This document shows, in pieces, positions 1-12,800 of a stretch of 32,052 nt of DNA (position 1 is its first letter; every line of letters begins with the position of its first letter). A program made the position numbers and the translations under genes. The DNA is taken from positions 19,920-51,971 of the forward strand of contig PS015767.1 of NCBI GenBank assembly GCA_048213135.1, in the 5' to 3' direction. Under the pieces are notes generated by a model. The model did not search any database. It had not been told where the DNA came from and saw nothing but the letters and a program-made list of their open reading frames with translations. This DNA is from Reclinomonas americana ATCC 50394 (Eukaryota).

Positions 1-123
1 TCGTCGATGTGTCCGACTTCGTGTTGGTGTCGGTGGCGTTGGTCGGTGCGATGGTGGTAGGCGTGGTGGTGGTGTCGTCGGCCGGACGGAGTGGCGGCGG
101 ACGTCGGAGAGCGACTGTGTTGT

Positions 124-173
<50 letters not shown>

Positions 174-1473
174 TTCGCTGTCTCTCTTCGCCTACACTTT
201 CCGGGCGCGCGTTCGCAGATCGATATGTCACAGGCGCCGGGCTTCGTCTCCGAGGCCGACGCGATGCCGGTCGACTTTCACCAGCTGTTCTTGTCGTTTG
301 GCAGTATCATAGCGCGTCTGAATGCGGTGGCGGCGGCTGAGTTGAGACCGGTCGGGGAGCATGAGCAGCGCGAGTTTCGCCTGTTTGTCAGCACTCCTGG
401 CGACGGTACGATTGCGTGTGTGTTCTTTCACCCCTCACAGCTCGCACAGCTCATCGCATCACTGGCTGGCGCAGCATCGCTGGTGGACGCCGTGGTCGGA
501 GACCCGCTGGGGCGTGGAAACGAGGCACACAACGAGTTTCTGCAGAGGTGGGTGGTGGAGGAGTTTGACGAGCACGGTGGCGTCGCCACTATGCGGCTCG
601 GAGCGGACGATACAGGTGATTTGTTGGACTCTGCCGATGGCGGCTATCCGTCGGTGTCGTTGTCGTCGCTGGTGTCGCCGCCACCGGAGGCAATCGCACC
701 GCAGCCTGTGTCGCAGTTGCGTAGCTGAGGTCAAGTCGCCGACCGACCTGTCGGCTCCGCGCTGATGCATGCCAGCTGTGCAGGGAGGATCCTCCGTCGT
801 CACCAGTGGCCATTACACAGCACGACGATGTGTTGCTGGAGAGCTCACCGCCGGCGCACCCTTCGACCGGTGACGAAGCGGAAATGGCGGTTGATGACGG
901 CGACGATGCGATGGGTGAAGAGGGAGATGATGAAGACGGAGGAGGAGGAGAAAGAGGTGCGTGCCTCTGACAGTTTGTGTCGGGATCCACGCGACTGACT
1001 TTCGGCGTGCAGCAATGTTGCACCACCAGGGTGAGGATGTGGTGGTGCACGCGGACACACTTGCCCCAGCACAATCGCCAGAGCGAGACCCCCGTGCTGC
1101 AGTGGCGGCCGACGATGCTGTTGCGTGTATGTTATCACATCGCCTGCATGCGACTTCCTGTACTCACCACCACGAGTGCCACGCAGGCGATTGCGGAGGA
1201 GACGTCGGGGCATAGCATACAGATTCTGACGCATGTGTCGGCGCATGTGGCCAGCGACGACGGTGTTGAGGGGTCTCACGGCGGTGCTGGAGGAGAAGAA
1301 GCGGGAGTGACGGTGCGCACAATTGCCAAGGCCATGGTTGGTTGATGTGGGACTGGCACCTCTCACAATGTGTGTGATGCGCACAGTGGACAGTGATACC
1401 AGTGCGGTCCATGGAGCACCCGTTCTCCCTCCACATCTTCTTCCGACAGAGGCATCCGCCTGCTGCCGCCTAG
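1..1473 (+). CDS. Hypothetical spliced protein, probably 5'-partial; N-terminal hydrophobic (TM-like) segment followed by acidic low-complexity regions
   Basis: The frame VDVSDFVLVSVALVGAMVVGVVVVSSAGRSGGGRRRAT is joined by GT-AG introns (117-218, 716-783, ~957-1011, 1120-1187, ~1337-1387) into one continuous frame. It ends ...HPFSLHIFFRQRHPPAAA* at TAG 1471-1473. No family recognised. Confidence 0.5.
127..170 (+). repeat. (CT)n microsatellite inside intron 117-218
   Basis: Perfect TC/CT dinucleotide run seen directly. Confidence 0.95.
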
Positions 1474-1522
1474 AAGTGACGCTCTTTTGTTGACGATAAC
1501 TTCTGTTTTCATTCGGCTCGCA

Positions 1523-4500
1523 TCATGACGCTGGGCGCGGCGATTTCGGCGGTGGCGGCAATGTCTTGGCGCGCTTCTCGGCCGCCACCTCCACCGCCTG
1601 TCTCCGCCGCTCGAGCATGGCTGCAAGCTCGCGCTCCTCCAGGCGCCGTCGCTTGTCCATGTTGCGAATTGTTGCTCGCATCTCGGGTGTGGTCCTCGTG
1701 TGCTCCTGCAGCAGCGTGAGCTGGCGCAGCGCACTGCCTGAATACTCGGCGCACCGTGCCAATGGCATTCGTTTGACCGACGTCACACCCGTGGCCATGT
1801 CCACCTCCAGCGGTTGTCGCAACTGGCTGCCCTCCATGTCGGCTGCCGACACTCGTCCCACATTGTGATGCTTGAAGCCACCGCCGTTGACGCGTGGGCG
1901 TACTCGTTTCTCCGGGCACAGTACGAGGGGATCATCGTGACTGAGTGGAGCGCACACAGTCTTGTACTTGCGCGCCAGTTGTGCCGCACTGGCCTCCCAG
2001 AAGCGTGACTGCAGCAGGTCCTGCTCAGCTTGCGCCACTCCGGCGTCTCGATCCTTCAGTGGCTCCAGGTCTGAGAGGGAGTCAGCCACACGGAGAAGAC
2101 AAGACGACGGCCACACACAGCACGTAACATCGATGCAACGGATCCACCGATGTGGCGCGCAAGTGTCGCTTGACAGGACCCTGCGTCAGGCGCGAGCTGC
2201 CAATGGTGGTTGAGGCTGCTGATTGTGGTCGATCGCTGGGCAGCGAACGACCGGTCGTGCGTGCCGAGGAGCGTGAGCGCGCAGTGGCGGCCGACTGAGC
2301 GGCCGAGAGCACAGCTGTCATTTTCGGTGACAGCAGCATGGGGTCGTGGACATCTAGTTTGCCGTCGTCGACGACAACGCCGTCGTCGTCAACCTCCAGG
2401 ACCAGCAGCAGGTCGTCGGCCTCCTGCGTTTTTGTCTTCTTCCTCGTCGTCGTCGTCGTCTTCTTCTTGGTCGACGCCTTGCTCTTTGCTGAGCTCTTGC
2501 TTCTAGACGTTGAGTTCGGCGCCGATTCCTGTCTTCCCCCTGATCCGTCGCCACCTTGCGGCGACTCAATTTCGAGCTGACCCAGTGCCTCCAGGTGCAT
2601 GTTGGTCAACTCGGTCTTGAGCGACTGCAGGCTGGACAAGTAGCCGATGGTGCTGCTGTTGGCTGTCTGCGGCCGACTGCGTCGGCTGCTGGCTGTGCGT
2701 GGACGACTGCTGTTGGTGTGCGCCGACGAGAGTGTGGAGTTTGCCGAGGGCGGACGTCGCATTGGTGACGACGCTGTCTTGAGCATGTCGGCAGCCGGCG
2801 CCAGGTTGACGTCCGAGATTTGGTTCAGACGATAGGGTGAAACGGTGGCCAGCGACGATAGCAATCGCGGTGGCAGTTCTCCATAGTGGATCTGCATCAC
2901 GACAAAAGTGAGCCAATGCAATTGATTATGAGATGCATCGCCACTCTCGACGCAACGTCGGCCAGCTCCGCCATGTGCTTGATGTTGAGGACAGCCGTAC
3001 CACTGCTACGGCAGAGTGAGATGCCGTACACAGACTCTTTGGGAGCGATGAGGGAACGCAACGGTCGCGTGGCAGAAGCCGATCGAGCACGCTTGCTGGT
3101 GGCGGCACTGGCTGGCGCCTGTGAGGCCGTTACACTGCGAGGAGTTGTTCTAGCTTGAGAGAGGCGATTATTTCTGGAAGAGAGAAGAGGGACGGCGCGT
3201 AACTCTTCGCCCGCTCGATGGCGCTGCTTGTTGCTGGGCGAGATGATCGGAAACGGAAAGTCGATTTGGCTCAGGATTTTCATCTCCCGCAACAAGTCAC
3301 CACGAGTAAAAAGTGCGCGCTGTTGTGTCTCCAGTGTCGCAGCCTGTTCGGTCTGCAACATGCAACTTTTTCCGTGAGCAGCTATCCGTGGAGAAATGTG
3401 CGCGCACGCCGCCGTACCTGCGACGCCTGCTTTGTCGAGCGCACAACGGTGCTCTTGATGGACTTTTTCGTCTCCACCAGCGAGTTGGTGCCCGACATCG
3501 TGGACAGATCGGCCAGCAGCGAGTTGGCCCACTCCTGCACCATGTCGTTGTCGATCAACAGGTCTTCGTCGTCAAGATCGATTTTCATCAACGACCCCTC
3601 GAGGGGCGCCACCTCGTCCTGGCCCGCAACCGTGGCTGGTGACAGTATTCCGCCGTGCTGGGGCCTGTCGTCTTCGCCGGCCACCTAATGCACCGGTCAG
3701 CTACACATCGGAAGAGTACAAGGAGGCAGGCGACAGCCTCTCCAACCTCGTCATCGGCCACACTGGAATCCAGCTCCGACACATCGAGCATGTGACGGGC
3801 GGTTGCATGTCTCACAAGCCCCGTGAGCTCTGCGTGCATCACAGTGGCGCGTCAACCAGAAACCACTGCTACTGCCTCTCCTCTTCATCCTCCACTCACC
3901 ATTGGCGACCAGGGCCACCGCATGGGTCACTCCAGCGGCCACCATGAGCACCATACGCCCGAGAAATGCACGCACCGGCCGCGGCACCTCCACCACGTCG
4001 AGCATGCGGCCGTAACCGAGCTGACCCGAACTTCCCTCACCCCACGTAAACACACGCCCCAAGTCTACGCCGGCACACGGGTCACACAACTCGACTCGTG
4101 TGGAGTGGGTGACGCACATCGAGGAAAGCACGCGCAACGCAACTGGTGAGAGCGCACGAGAAGCGAGCACCGCACGCCACCTGCACAACGTGATGATTGC
4201 GCAACAAGTTGACAGCCTGCGGTGTCTGCTGCGGGTGCAGATTCAAGATCCCCAGCTGGCCGTAGTTGTTTTCGCCGCACGCAAACACCCGTCCGTCATC
4301 TGTCGCAAATCCAACTGAGCGTCAATCACGAAGAGGAGACCCTACACGCGCAAAAGAAACCTGTGCACAATACGGTGTGCGCTTCGCCTGCGGCTACCGA
4401 GACGAAGCGTGCGTTGCTGACGGATATGCGTTTGGGATCGAGACTGCGATGCACCGCGGAGCCGATGCCCAGTTGTCCGCGACTGTTGAGGCCACAAGCA

Positions 4501-5736
4501 TAGGCCTTGCCAGTCTCTGCCAATTGTGTGCGCCATCGATGAACGACCAGAGACGCACGGCTTTGAAGACAGAGGGACGAACCAGTGACAAACACGGTGT
4601 GCATGTTGCCGAGAGCGGCAAAGCTCACACGATCACGAATGGCCGACACCAACGTGGGCGTGAGACGAGAACCGATATTGCCGAGTCCGAGAGCGCCCTC
4701 GGGATTCATGCCCCACGAGAAAGCAAGGCCAGCCGCTGCGTACCGTGACAGTGTGAACTCCAAAGTGAAAGCTACGGATCGATTGGGCGAGCGAGCGCAA
4801 CTCGACACGAGCACATATCGCGCAGGTCCACAGTGGATGGAGCGCACGGACTGCTCCATGGGAATCGACACTTGTCGCGCATCAAAGGGGGCGATCAGCG
4901 GCTCCGCCAGCGCAGCCATGCGCAAGGCCACGGGCGCAACTTGCGGCATCCCGACAACCATGTTCTTGGCTGCACAGTTGAAAAAAAGACACGTGAGAGG
5001 AACACCAAGCAGCACCACCTCGCACGCCTCACGCACTGGGAGACTCGCTGTGCAGGCACCACAGAAGTGTGAGCGGCATCTGCACATGTTTGCAGCGAGA
5101 GAGAGACGGAACCTGAACGACGCCATGAGTGTGTCAGCCCGGATCTTGTCGACCGCCTGCACACGCAGATCGTTCTCCACTCGCTCATCCTGCAGCGCCT
5201 TTGCAATGTCGCTGACCGCAAACTGCCACACCTCTCCCTTGGTCGTCAACACCAGCACGTAGTCACTGTTGCAGCTGACCTGCACGCCGTCGCCACCATG
5301 GATTAGGGAGAGCACGAGAGAGTGAATGTGAGAGCGAGATCACCTGCGAAAAGGTCTCGTTCTGCAGCTGTCGGATCGTGTGTGGAGTCGGCACACTGTG
5401 GAAACCACCCTCGATGCCACCGGCAATGAAGAGACTCCCACTGGCTGTCTCCGCACTCGAGAGTGTCAGAGTCGAAACCGCCGCAGACACACACACACAC
5501 TCTCTCTCTCTCACACACACACATGAGCGCACCAGAGATGGCCACTGTGATCGTGGTGCCTGCGCTGATCCATGTGAACTGCTGGCCGGCCACGGTGTCG
5601 ACCACCGTCGGCACAATCGCGTGTTCCAGGGCGCCCAGTCCGAGCTGGAGAGGTGTGAGTGATGAAAGGGAGAGAGAGTTTGTGCACTGCGCACCTGGCC
5701 CACAGAGTTGTCACCCCACGCAAACAAGTCGCCCAT
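1523..5736 (-). CDS. RCC1/BLIP-II repeat (beta-propeller) protein with long low-complexity C-terminal extension; multi-exon
   Basis: ATG at 5736 gives MGDLFAWGDNSVGQ|LGLG. Further RCC1 repeats: GLAFSWGMNPEGALGLG, GKAYACGLNSRGQLGIG...VAAGEAHTV, GRVFACGENNYGQLG...VACGARFS, GRVFTWGEGSSGQLG...VAAGVTHAV. Exons chain in frame to ...PPPPKSPRPAS* (TGA 1525-1523). Linkage of the C-terminal part is less certain than the RCC1 domain. Confidence 0.8.
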
Positions 5737-5954
5737 GACCAGGGCGAGGCCGTGTCTTTCCTCTCTCTCTCTCTCCTGTGTGTGTGTTTGTACCAATGCA
5801 CAACGGCACGCGTACGAGTTGTTCGCTTAGCGATATCTGATATTGCTTTCATTTTCCGCGCGCGCCCGTATTGTTTCTCTGCTCATAGAGTGGGGGGAGA
5901 GAGCAGGCAGCTCGGTTGCTCGGGGCGGGGAAGGGTGCACGTGACACATTTTTT

Positions 5955-6875
5955 TCAGAGCTTGTACGCGGCGGCCAGCTTGTCAATGGCTTGCAGGAGC
6001 TTCGCGGCCTCGGCCTCGTCGACCACTTGCTGCGCGCGCGCACACACAAATGACATTCGCCCACATGCACCAAAGCACCTATTCTCACAAAGAAGAGGGA
6101 ATATACCTTGCACTTCATGGCCTGTCGCATGGCGGCGTGATGCAGGGCAACGCGCTCCAAGTACGCTCCGCGGTCACCCGCAAAGTCCTCCTCCTTGACT
6201 CGCTGGCACAAAAAGTAGTAGCCGATCCTGCGCACAGCGACGGAGACACAACTGCAGTGTCAGAGAGAGCGAGCGAGGAAGACTGTGCAGAGGCAACACG
6301 GAAACTCGTTGATAATGTGGTCCGCATGCTCCTCCTTGACCGTCACCCTGCATGCAAAGAATCCGCACACAGTGAGACGACAACGGTGACAGTGGTGGAG
6401 CAGCGGTAGAGCACTCTGCTGTGCGCGGACCATCGGACGGCCTGGTTGAAGTCGAGCGGGTTGTGACTGCCGGCCACGTGGTTGATCTCGTGCATGGCCT
6501 TGCGAATCGTCGTCTGCACACAGAGAGAGAAAGGGCGCGTGTGTGAGTGTGCCAGGAGTGCCCACACGGGAGGCATACACACACACACGCACCACGTCCT
6601 CGCGGAGACGAGTGAACCTGCATGTGTGCATTTCGGGTGAGCGAGAGTGCTTTGTGTGCATGTGAGCGAGTGAGACGCACCGCATGCCGTCATTGAAGAT
6701 GCCGCAGGGCACCTGCACATTCGTGTTGTCGCGCATCCATGTCAGCAGAGACGAAGAAGCAGAGCGTGAAGAATTAGATCATGACGTAGAGAACCTGGCA
6801 GTGAGCATGCATGACAAGTGGCGAGTGCGAGACGGCATATGCGCCACCGGCAACCAACAGAGCGAGACGGAACAT
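5955..6875 (-). CDS. sodN: Nickel superoxide dismutase precursor (152 aa: 24-aa leader + 128-aa mature chain)
   Basis: Seven exons: 6875-6795, 6712-6681, 6617-6593, 6513-6431, 6347-6306, 6227-6107, 6029-5955. All introns are GT-AG and phase-consistent. Product: MFRLALLVAGGAYAVSHSPLVMHA-HCQVPCGIFNDGMRFTRLREDVTTIRKAMHEINHVAGSHNPLDFNQAVRWVTVKEEHADHIINEIGYYFLCQRVKEEDFAGDRGAYLERVALHHAAMRQAMKCKQVVDEAEAAKLLQAIDKLAAAYKL*. It carries the Ni-hook HCxxPCGx(Y/F) and the RWVxxKEEHA, YFLxQRVK and AMKCKQ motifs typical of NiSOD. Confidence 0.95.
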
Positions 6876-6885
6876 GGATCGTGTT

Positions 6886-9800
6886 TCACTTGGCGCCTGA
6901 CCACTGGAAGATCAATGCTTTGCTGTGTCGGGAATGGACCAAGTGGATCTCCTCGATCTGCGGCCACTCCAGTTGCACGTGGCGGTACACGGCAAACGTC
7001 ATGCTGGGCGACGCGCTCAGCGAGGTGCTCGAAAGTGAGCCGGGCATCAGCGACGATGACGAGGCAAGCGAGCCGGTGGACAGCGATCCACCAGCCGCAC
7101 CGGCGGCTGCCGAACCGATGCTGCGGGAGGGACGAGTCGCCAGTGACACGGGGCTCACTGTGTGCAGCGTAGAAGAGTGAGAGAGTGGGAGCAAGAGGCG
7201 AGAGGCGAGAGAAAGAGCAACAGACCAGTGGACGGGTCGCAACCGGGAATGCGAAAGTTGACGGCGGCCTTGGACTTGCCAGGCAGCAGGCCCGAAAACA
7301 TGCCAGCCTGCTCCACCTTCCACACCGACAGGTCGGCCTCAAGGTACGAGAAGATGGCCACGTGCTGACCCACGGGTGAGAAGGTCACTGCAGTGACAGG
7401 CGACCGATAACTCTGCGTGGACACGCGTGCATAAGTGACCTCAAAAATCCCACGCTCGTTCATCAACGCGCCGCAAACCTGAATGAGCTGTGTTCTGGCC
7501 GCTGTGCGCAAGTCAAAGATGGAGACACTGCCGTCGGGACAGCCGACGGCCACCTTTTGCGCCTCTCGATGGAACGTCACCATCGGGTAGCTGTGCATAA
7601 TGCAAGCAGAATCAGCATGGCGTGGGCACAAATTCATAGTCGACAACCGCCACGAAACGCATTGATCATGTGCCGCAGTGTGGCCGTGGTGTGATTCATG
7701 CACCGCTGTCGCGTGTTCGGGAAGTTGGGATCTAGAGAGCGCACAATGTCGCCGACAATCGGGCCCAGCTGCCCGACCAACACGCTGGCATTCTATGAAC
7801 AGAGATTTGTGAGTGACGAGCAAAATCACCACATTTCGTCCTTTTCCGATCAGACCTTCTCCACCACAGCCTTGATGAGCTCAATGTAGCTGACGTAGAG
7901 CAGCAACTCGTTTGGTTGAGTCATCTGTGTGCATCAGTCGGTGAGCGTTGCGTCGAGGGGCACAAGTGACAAAAGTAGAATATGCACGAACCGGTGCGCT
8001 CAGCGTGTCAACCAACAGTTTCGGATCGGTTTCCGCCACGCACAGCAGTGCTTGCATGGCCTCAGCAGCCACACGCTGCTGCACCGGCTGTGGCACCTTG
8101 ATTGGACTCGCTCCCGGCGACTGTTGCTGCTGTTGGAATTCGTGCTTCGCAAGCACCGGTACCGCCAGTCGGAACAGATGCGTGATGAAGGCAGGCGTAT
8201 CGGGAATGTCTGTGAGAAAAGAAGTGAGTGGCAGTCAGACAACGACGGTGCTCTGTGTATTGTGGACGCAACAATACTGCCAGGTGGAAAAGCCGGCGCC
8301 GAGAATCGAGATGGCAAACGGCTGATAGTCGCCAACTCGATTGCACAGACTCATCAATTCCAGTGCAATGAAGCTCGCAATCCTGCATCGCGGTGAGTAA
8401 CTGGCACACTCGCACTCAGTGCATCGCATGGGGGGCCACGCAACTGCTGGCTCAGGCACTCCTCGTGCTCAGACACAATCGCGCCAACAGCAACCACCAC
8501 GGAATCCTTGCGCGTGCCAGTGCTCCACGGCGACAGCACTGTGCCACAGCTCAGCTGGTTGCACGAACAGACAAGTACACGCACACACACACAATGCACG
8601 CAACATTCTTCCGTGTACACATCGGTAACAGTGCGTAGCCGAGAGATCCTCGTGTTGCGCGAGAACTGCATCAGATGCGTCCATGCACTCTCTTGCACGT
8701 GTGCTGTGTTTGGAGCGTAGAAGGTGAGCACAGCACGAGAATGCATGCATCACTGTGATGGGAAATCGCACGATTTGAATCCTTCAAGCAGTCGGCGAGG
8801 ATGACAGCAGACGGTGGCACGTAGTTGGGGTACGTGTCGGCGAGTGTGGTGGAGAAGTACTCGGACAGAGAATGCGCCACCGACTCGTACGCTGCTCACG
8901 CAATTCGGAACACATGACCACCAAGTGAGGAACAGCCTGCAATCAACTTCAAGCACACAAAAACACACCTGGAATCTTGCCGACGGCCTTGATGAGCGAG
9001 GAGCAGCATGTCAGCATGTGCGCACTGAGTTGAGGACACAGGCCGAACGGGCCGAGTCGCCGACACACGTTCGGGCAGTACAAGGTGTGTGAACCCCATT
9101 GTCTGCACAGCAACAACACGGTCGTGAGAGACGCATGCACACTGTATACACAACGAGCAAAACGCGCCCTTTGAATCCGAATGATGAGGACACAGCGGGA
9201 GTCACCATGGCCAACTCGTCCAGCAAATTGGCCGTGTCCTGTGCACACCAGACAGTCAGCATCTGCCTGAAACATACCGCGCACACTCCATCCGCACCAG
9301 AGGCATGTACTGGCGAACAAACACGTAGGAGCCTGCCGCTCTCCACGCAATCCACTCCGCTACGCCCTCCGACACGGGTCCCTCGAAGGAAGCAGAACGC
9401 TTCAGTGCTTCGTTGGCTAGCTCCACGCTGCGTCCGATAAAGCCACGCGACTGCAACCACACCAATGAGCACCTCAATCATGTAATCAACAGCACGCCAC
9501 ATTTCGCACATTGACGAGCGTCAGCAGCTGGCCAATGTCCACAATAAGCATCGTGGCTGATGAGCTCCAGCCTGTGACAAAGCACGCAGTGTTTGTTTAC
9601 ACACAGGAAGCGATGAAGCAGTTTTTTTGCGCGAGTTGCCACAGTACCTTCAGCACCTGTCAGCACGCTCTCTCCTCGCAGCAATCCACCTTCGTAGCTC
9701 GCACTCCGTGAACCCATGGTGTCGCGGAACCCAAAGTTGGTGTGCCTTGAGCTGCCGGCAAAAGGAGCAGTGAGGTATGAGCGACCAGTGTCACAGAGGC

Positions 9801-12800
9801 ACAGCAGCAAGTGACCGACCTGCCAAGTCCCTCCCACTGCTCAATGAGATCGGTGGCAAGCTGGCCGGCAACCTTGCGCTCCAAAATGCCCGTGGCCAGC
9901 TACTCAACAAATCAGAGAGACACAGCGAGTGAATACACCATGCGCACCAATGCAACGTACACCNNNNNNNNNNNNNNNNNNNNNNNNNNNNNNNNNNNNN
10001 NNNNNNNNNNNNNNNNNNNNNNNNNNNNNNNNNNNNNNNNNNNNNNNNNNNNNNNNNNNNNNNNNNNNNNNNNNNNNNNNNNNNNNNNNNNNNNNNNNNN
10101 NNNNNNNNNNNNNNNNNNNNNNNNNNNNNNNNNNNNNNNNNNNNNNNNNNNNNNNNNNNNNNNNNNNNNNNNNNNNNNNNNNNNNNNNNNNNNNNNNNNN
10201 NNNNNNNNNNNNNNNNNNNNNNNNNNNNNNNNNNNNNNNNNNNNNNNNNNNNNNNNNNNNNNNNNNNNNNNNNNNNNNNNNNNNNNNNNNNNNNNNNNNN
10301 NNNNNNNNNNNNNNNNNNNNNNNNNNNNNNNNNNNNNNNNNNNNNNNNNNNNNNNNNNNNNNNNNNNNNNNNNNNNNNNNNNNNNNNNNNNNNNNNNNNN
10401 NNNNNNNNNNNNNNNNNNNNNNNNNNNNNNNNNNNNNNNNNNNNNNNNNNNNNNNNNNNNNNNNNNNNNNNNNNNNNNNNNNNNNNNNNNNNNNNNNNNN
10501 NNNNNNNNNNNNNNNNNNNNNNNNNNNNNNNNNNNNNNNNNNNNNNNNNNNNNNNNNNNNNNNNNNNNATACACGTCGCACCTGCCAAATGTACACTTCG
10601 CCCATGAGACACTTGACCACGAGGAAATCATACTCGACTTTCCAGTACAGTCGAATGATGGGGGATGCGTGCCCACCGAGGACATGTAGGCTGTGTGGAT
10701 CGGTGGGACATGAAATGGTCAGCGCTCACGTGAGGCGAACCTCCAACACACGTCGCAGTGACGCACCACTGCATCTGATCCAGCGAGTAGATGATCACAC
10801 TGTTGTCCTGCCCGACAGAGCAAAACGTGTGCCGCAGCTTCTTGGAGACGTGCGGTGGAGGGATGGTGAGCGCCGTGACGGCCGCTGCGTGGAAGTAGAA
10901 CGCGCCAAGCTCCGACCCGGTGCTGCAACGAGAACGGGCAGAGCGTGAGATGACTATCTGCAGCGCAGATCCACAACCCAGCACGGACGCACTCGGGATT
11001 CCACACGCGCACGACAAAATCGTCGCCGGCCGACACCACTGCCTTGCTTCCGCGCAGAAGCATTTGGTCCGGAACGGCAAGAAGCGCCGTCACCTGTCCC
11101 TGATGACCCTGTACAACAATGTCTTGCGTCTCGTCTACCATGCTCCGGAAGCGGATGGTGCCGTCGGCTGCGCGACACCTCTTGTGGTCAACAACACGAA
11201 TATCGTGGTTTTGTTACTTGAGAGGCGAAACGCACCGTGCCCAGTGACGTACAGCGGTTCACCCTTGGTGACCGACACGGCAAACTCGCTGGCGGTGGTG
11301 GTGCTCACTGGCTCGCTGGCGGCCGCATCGTACGATGTGAAGCCTTGGTCGATTGAACACACTGCGAGAGACTACGGTCAGTCAACGGAACGAAACGAGC
11401 AGCGCCTGCCATGCACGCAACAGTGCGCTGGCGGCTGTGCGGCTATTGGCGACCCTGCGGCGCTACCATCGGCCGCAGCGCTCATCGAAAACTCGGATGC
11501 TCGCCACGCCCGCACCTCGCCGTGCCCGCTCGCCGCCACCAACAAGTCACCACACAAGTTCCAGAACGACGGTTTGCTGTGGCGAAGCAGCGACACATAA
11601 GTAGCGCACTCCATAAGCGCACTCACGTGAAATACAGTACCTCGCATCGCTTCCGCCATGTAACCGCGCCACGAGCACCGCAGCGGCTGAGCCACTGATC
11701 ACACAATGTTTTCATGTCAGGCGGCAGAAAAATCAATCGGAAAGAGACACAGAAAGCATGGCGTCCACCTTTCTCCGCCCGCCTCGGCGTCGAGTGATGT
11801 TGAGGAGGACGAATCCCTTGGCAGGTCTGAGTCTGACACATCGGAGCCTGCGCGCACACCATTTCTTTGCGAATGAGCCGAAGCATCTCAGTCGCACGAT
11901 TTCTTCACCCAACGGGGTAATTGCACGCAACCAGCACCACCGGCCAATGCTCGTCGTTGTGCCTCTGCGCAACACACAGAGTGGTCGGTCGCTCGGACGG
12001 TGAGCAAACGGGGTTGACGTGATGCATACCTTGCGCAGCGTCATCCAAACGCGTGTCCCACGTGCGCGTGACGGCAGTGGGGCTCGCAACTTTGGCGCCG
12101 ATACTCCGCAGCATGAACCCGAGAGAGAGCGTGAGATTGTAGGTCATTGGGCTCACGCCAACTCGCCGTGGGCGTGAAGATTCGCCTGCCACAGTCAGCT
12201 GGCTCGCCGACGGTGCGCCGCGGACGGCCGTCATTGACAACTGCAAGCGTGCACACTCGTAAGACGCAGGCTGGTTGACACAAGTACGCTGCGACGGCCA
12301 TGCTACGCACCCTGGAGCCCTCCACCACGGCCGGATCAAAGTCGTACACCAGGCCCTCGCCAATCTGCGATCGAGTCAGAGTGCATTCCGCGCAAGTGCA
12401 CACCCGCAGCACTACGCGACGACACCTCTGTGTGCACAAAGCAGCGATGCGCGTCGAGGAAGAAGCCATCGCACAGGGTCTGTGCCGGATCCAACTCCAC
12501 ATCCTCCAGGACGTGTTCAGCGACGAGTGCATAATCCGCCTTGCGGAAGATCTGCGAGCAAAGTGCGCGCGATGCAAGTCAGCAGAGACTCTCTCACACA
12601 TGTGTGCACGTAGGCGCTACGTACCATGAACACGCGCGGATACACAATCAGAATCAGATCGCCCCAACATCGCACAGCGCGCGCCGCATCATCGGTCTCC
12701 ACTTTGCGCGACGGCACGTTCTTGGCAGAACTCCATTCACACAACGTCTGATCCTTGGAGACAGAGATCACAGTCCACGTCGGTCCGCCTACAGCAAATA

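Noticed and set aside
6681-6736. Apparent NiSOD lacking His1/Cys2 (ORF reads NTNVQVPCG)
   Set aside because: This is an artefact of reading into intron 1; exon 6875-6795 supplies HCQ.
9791-10948. Long ORFs containing X runs
   Set aside because: They are open only because they cross the N gap.
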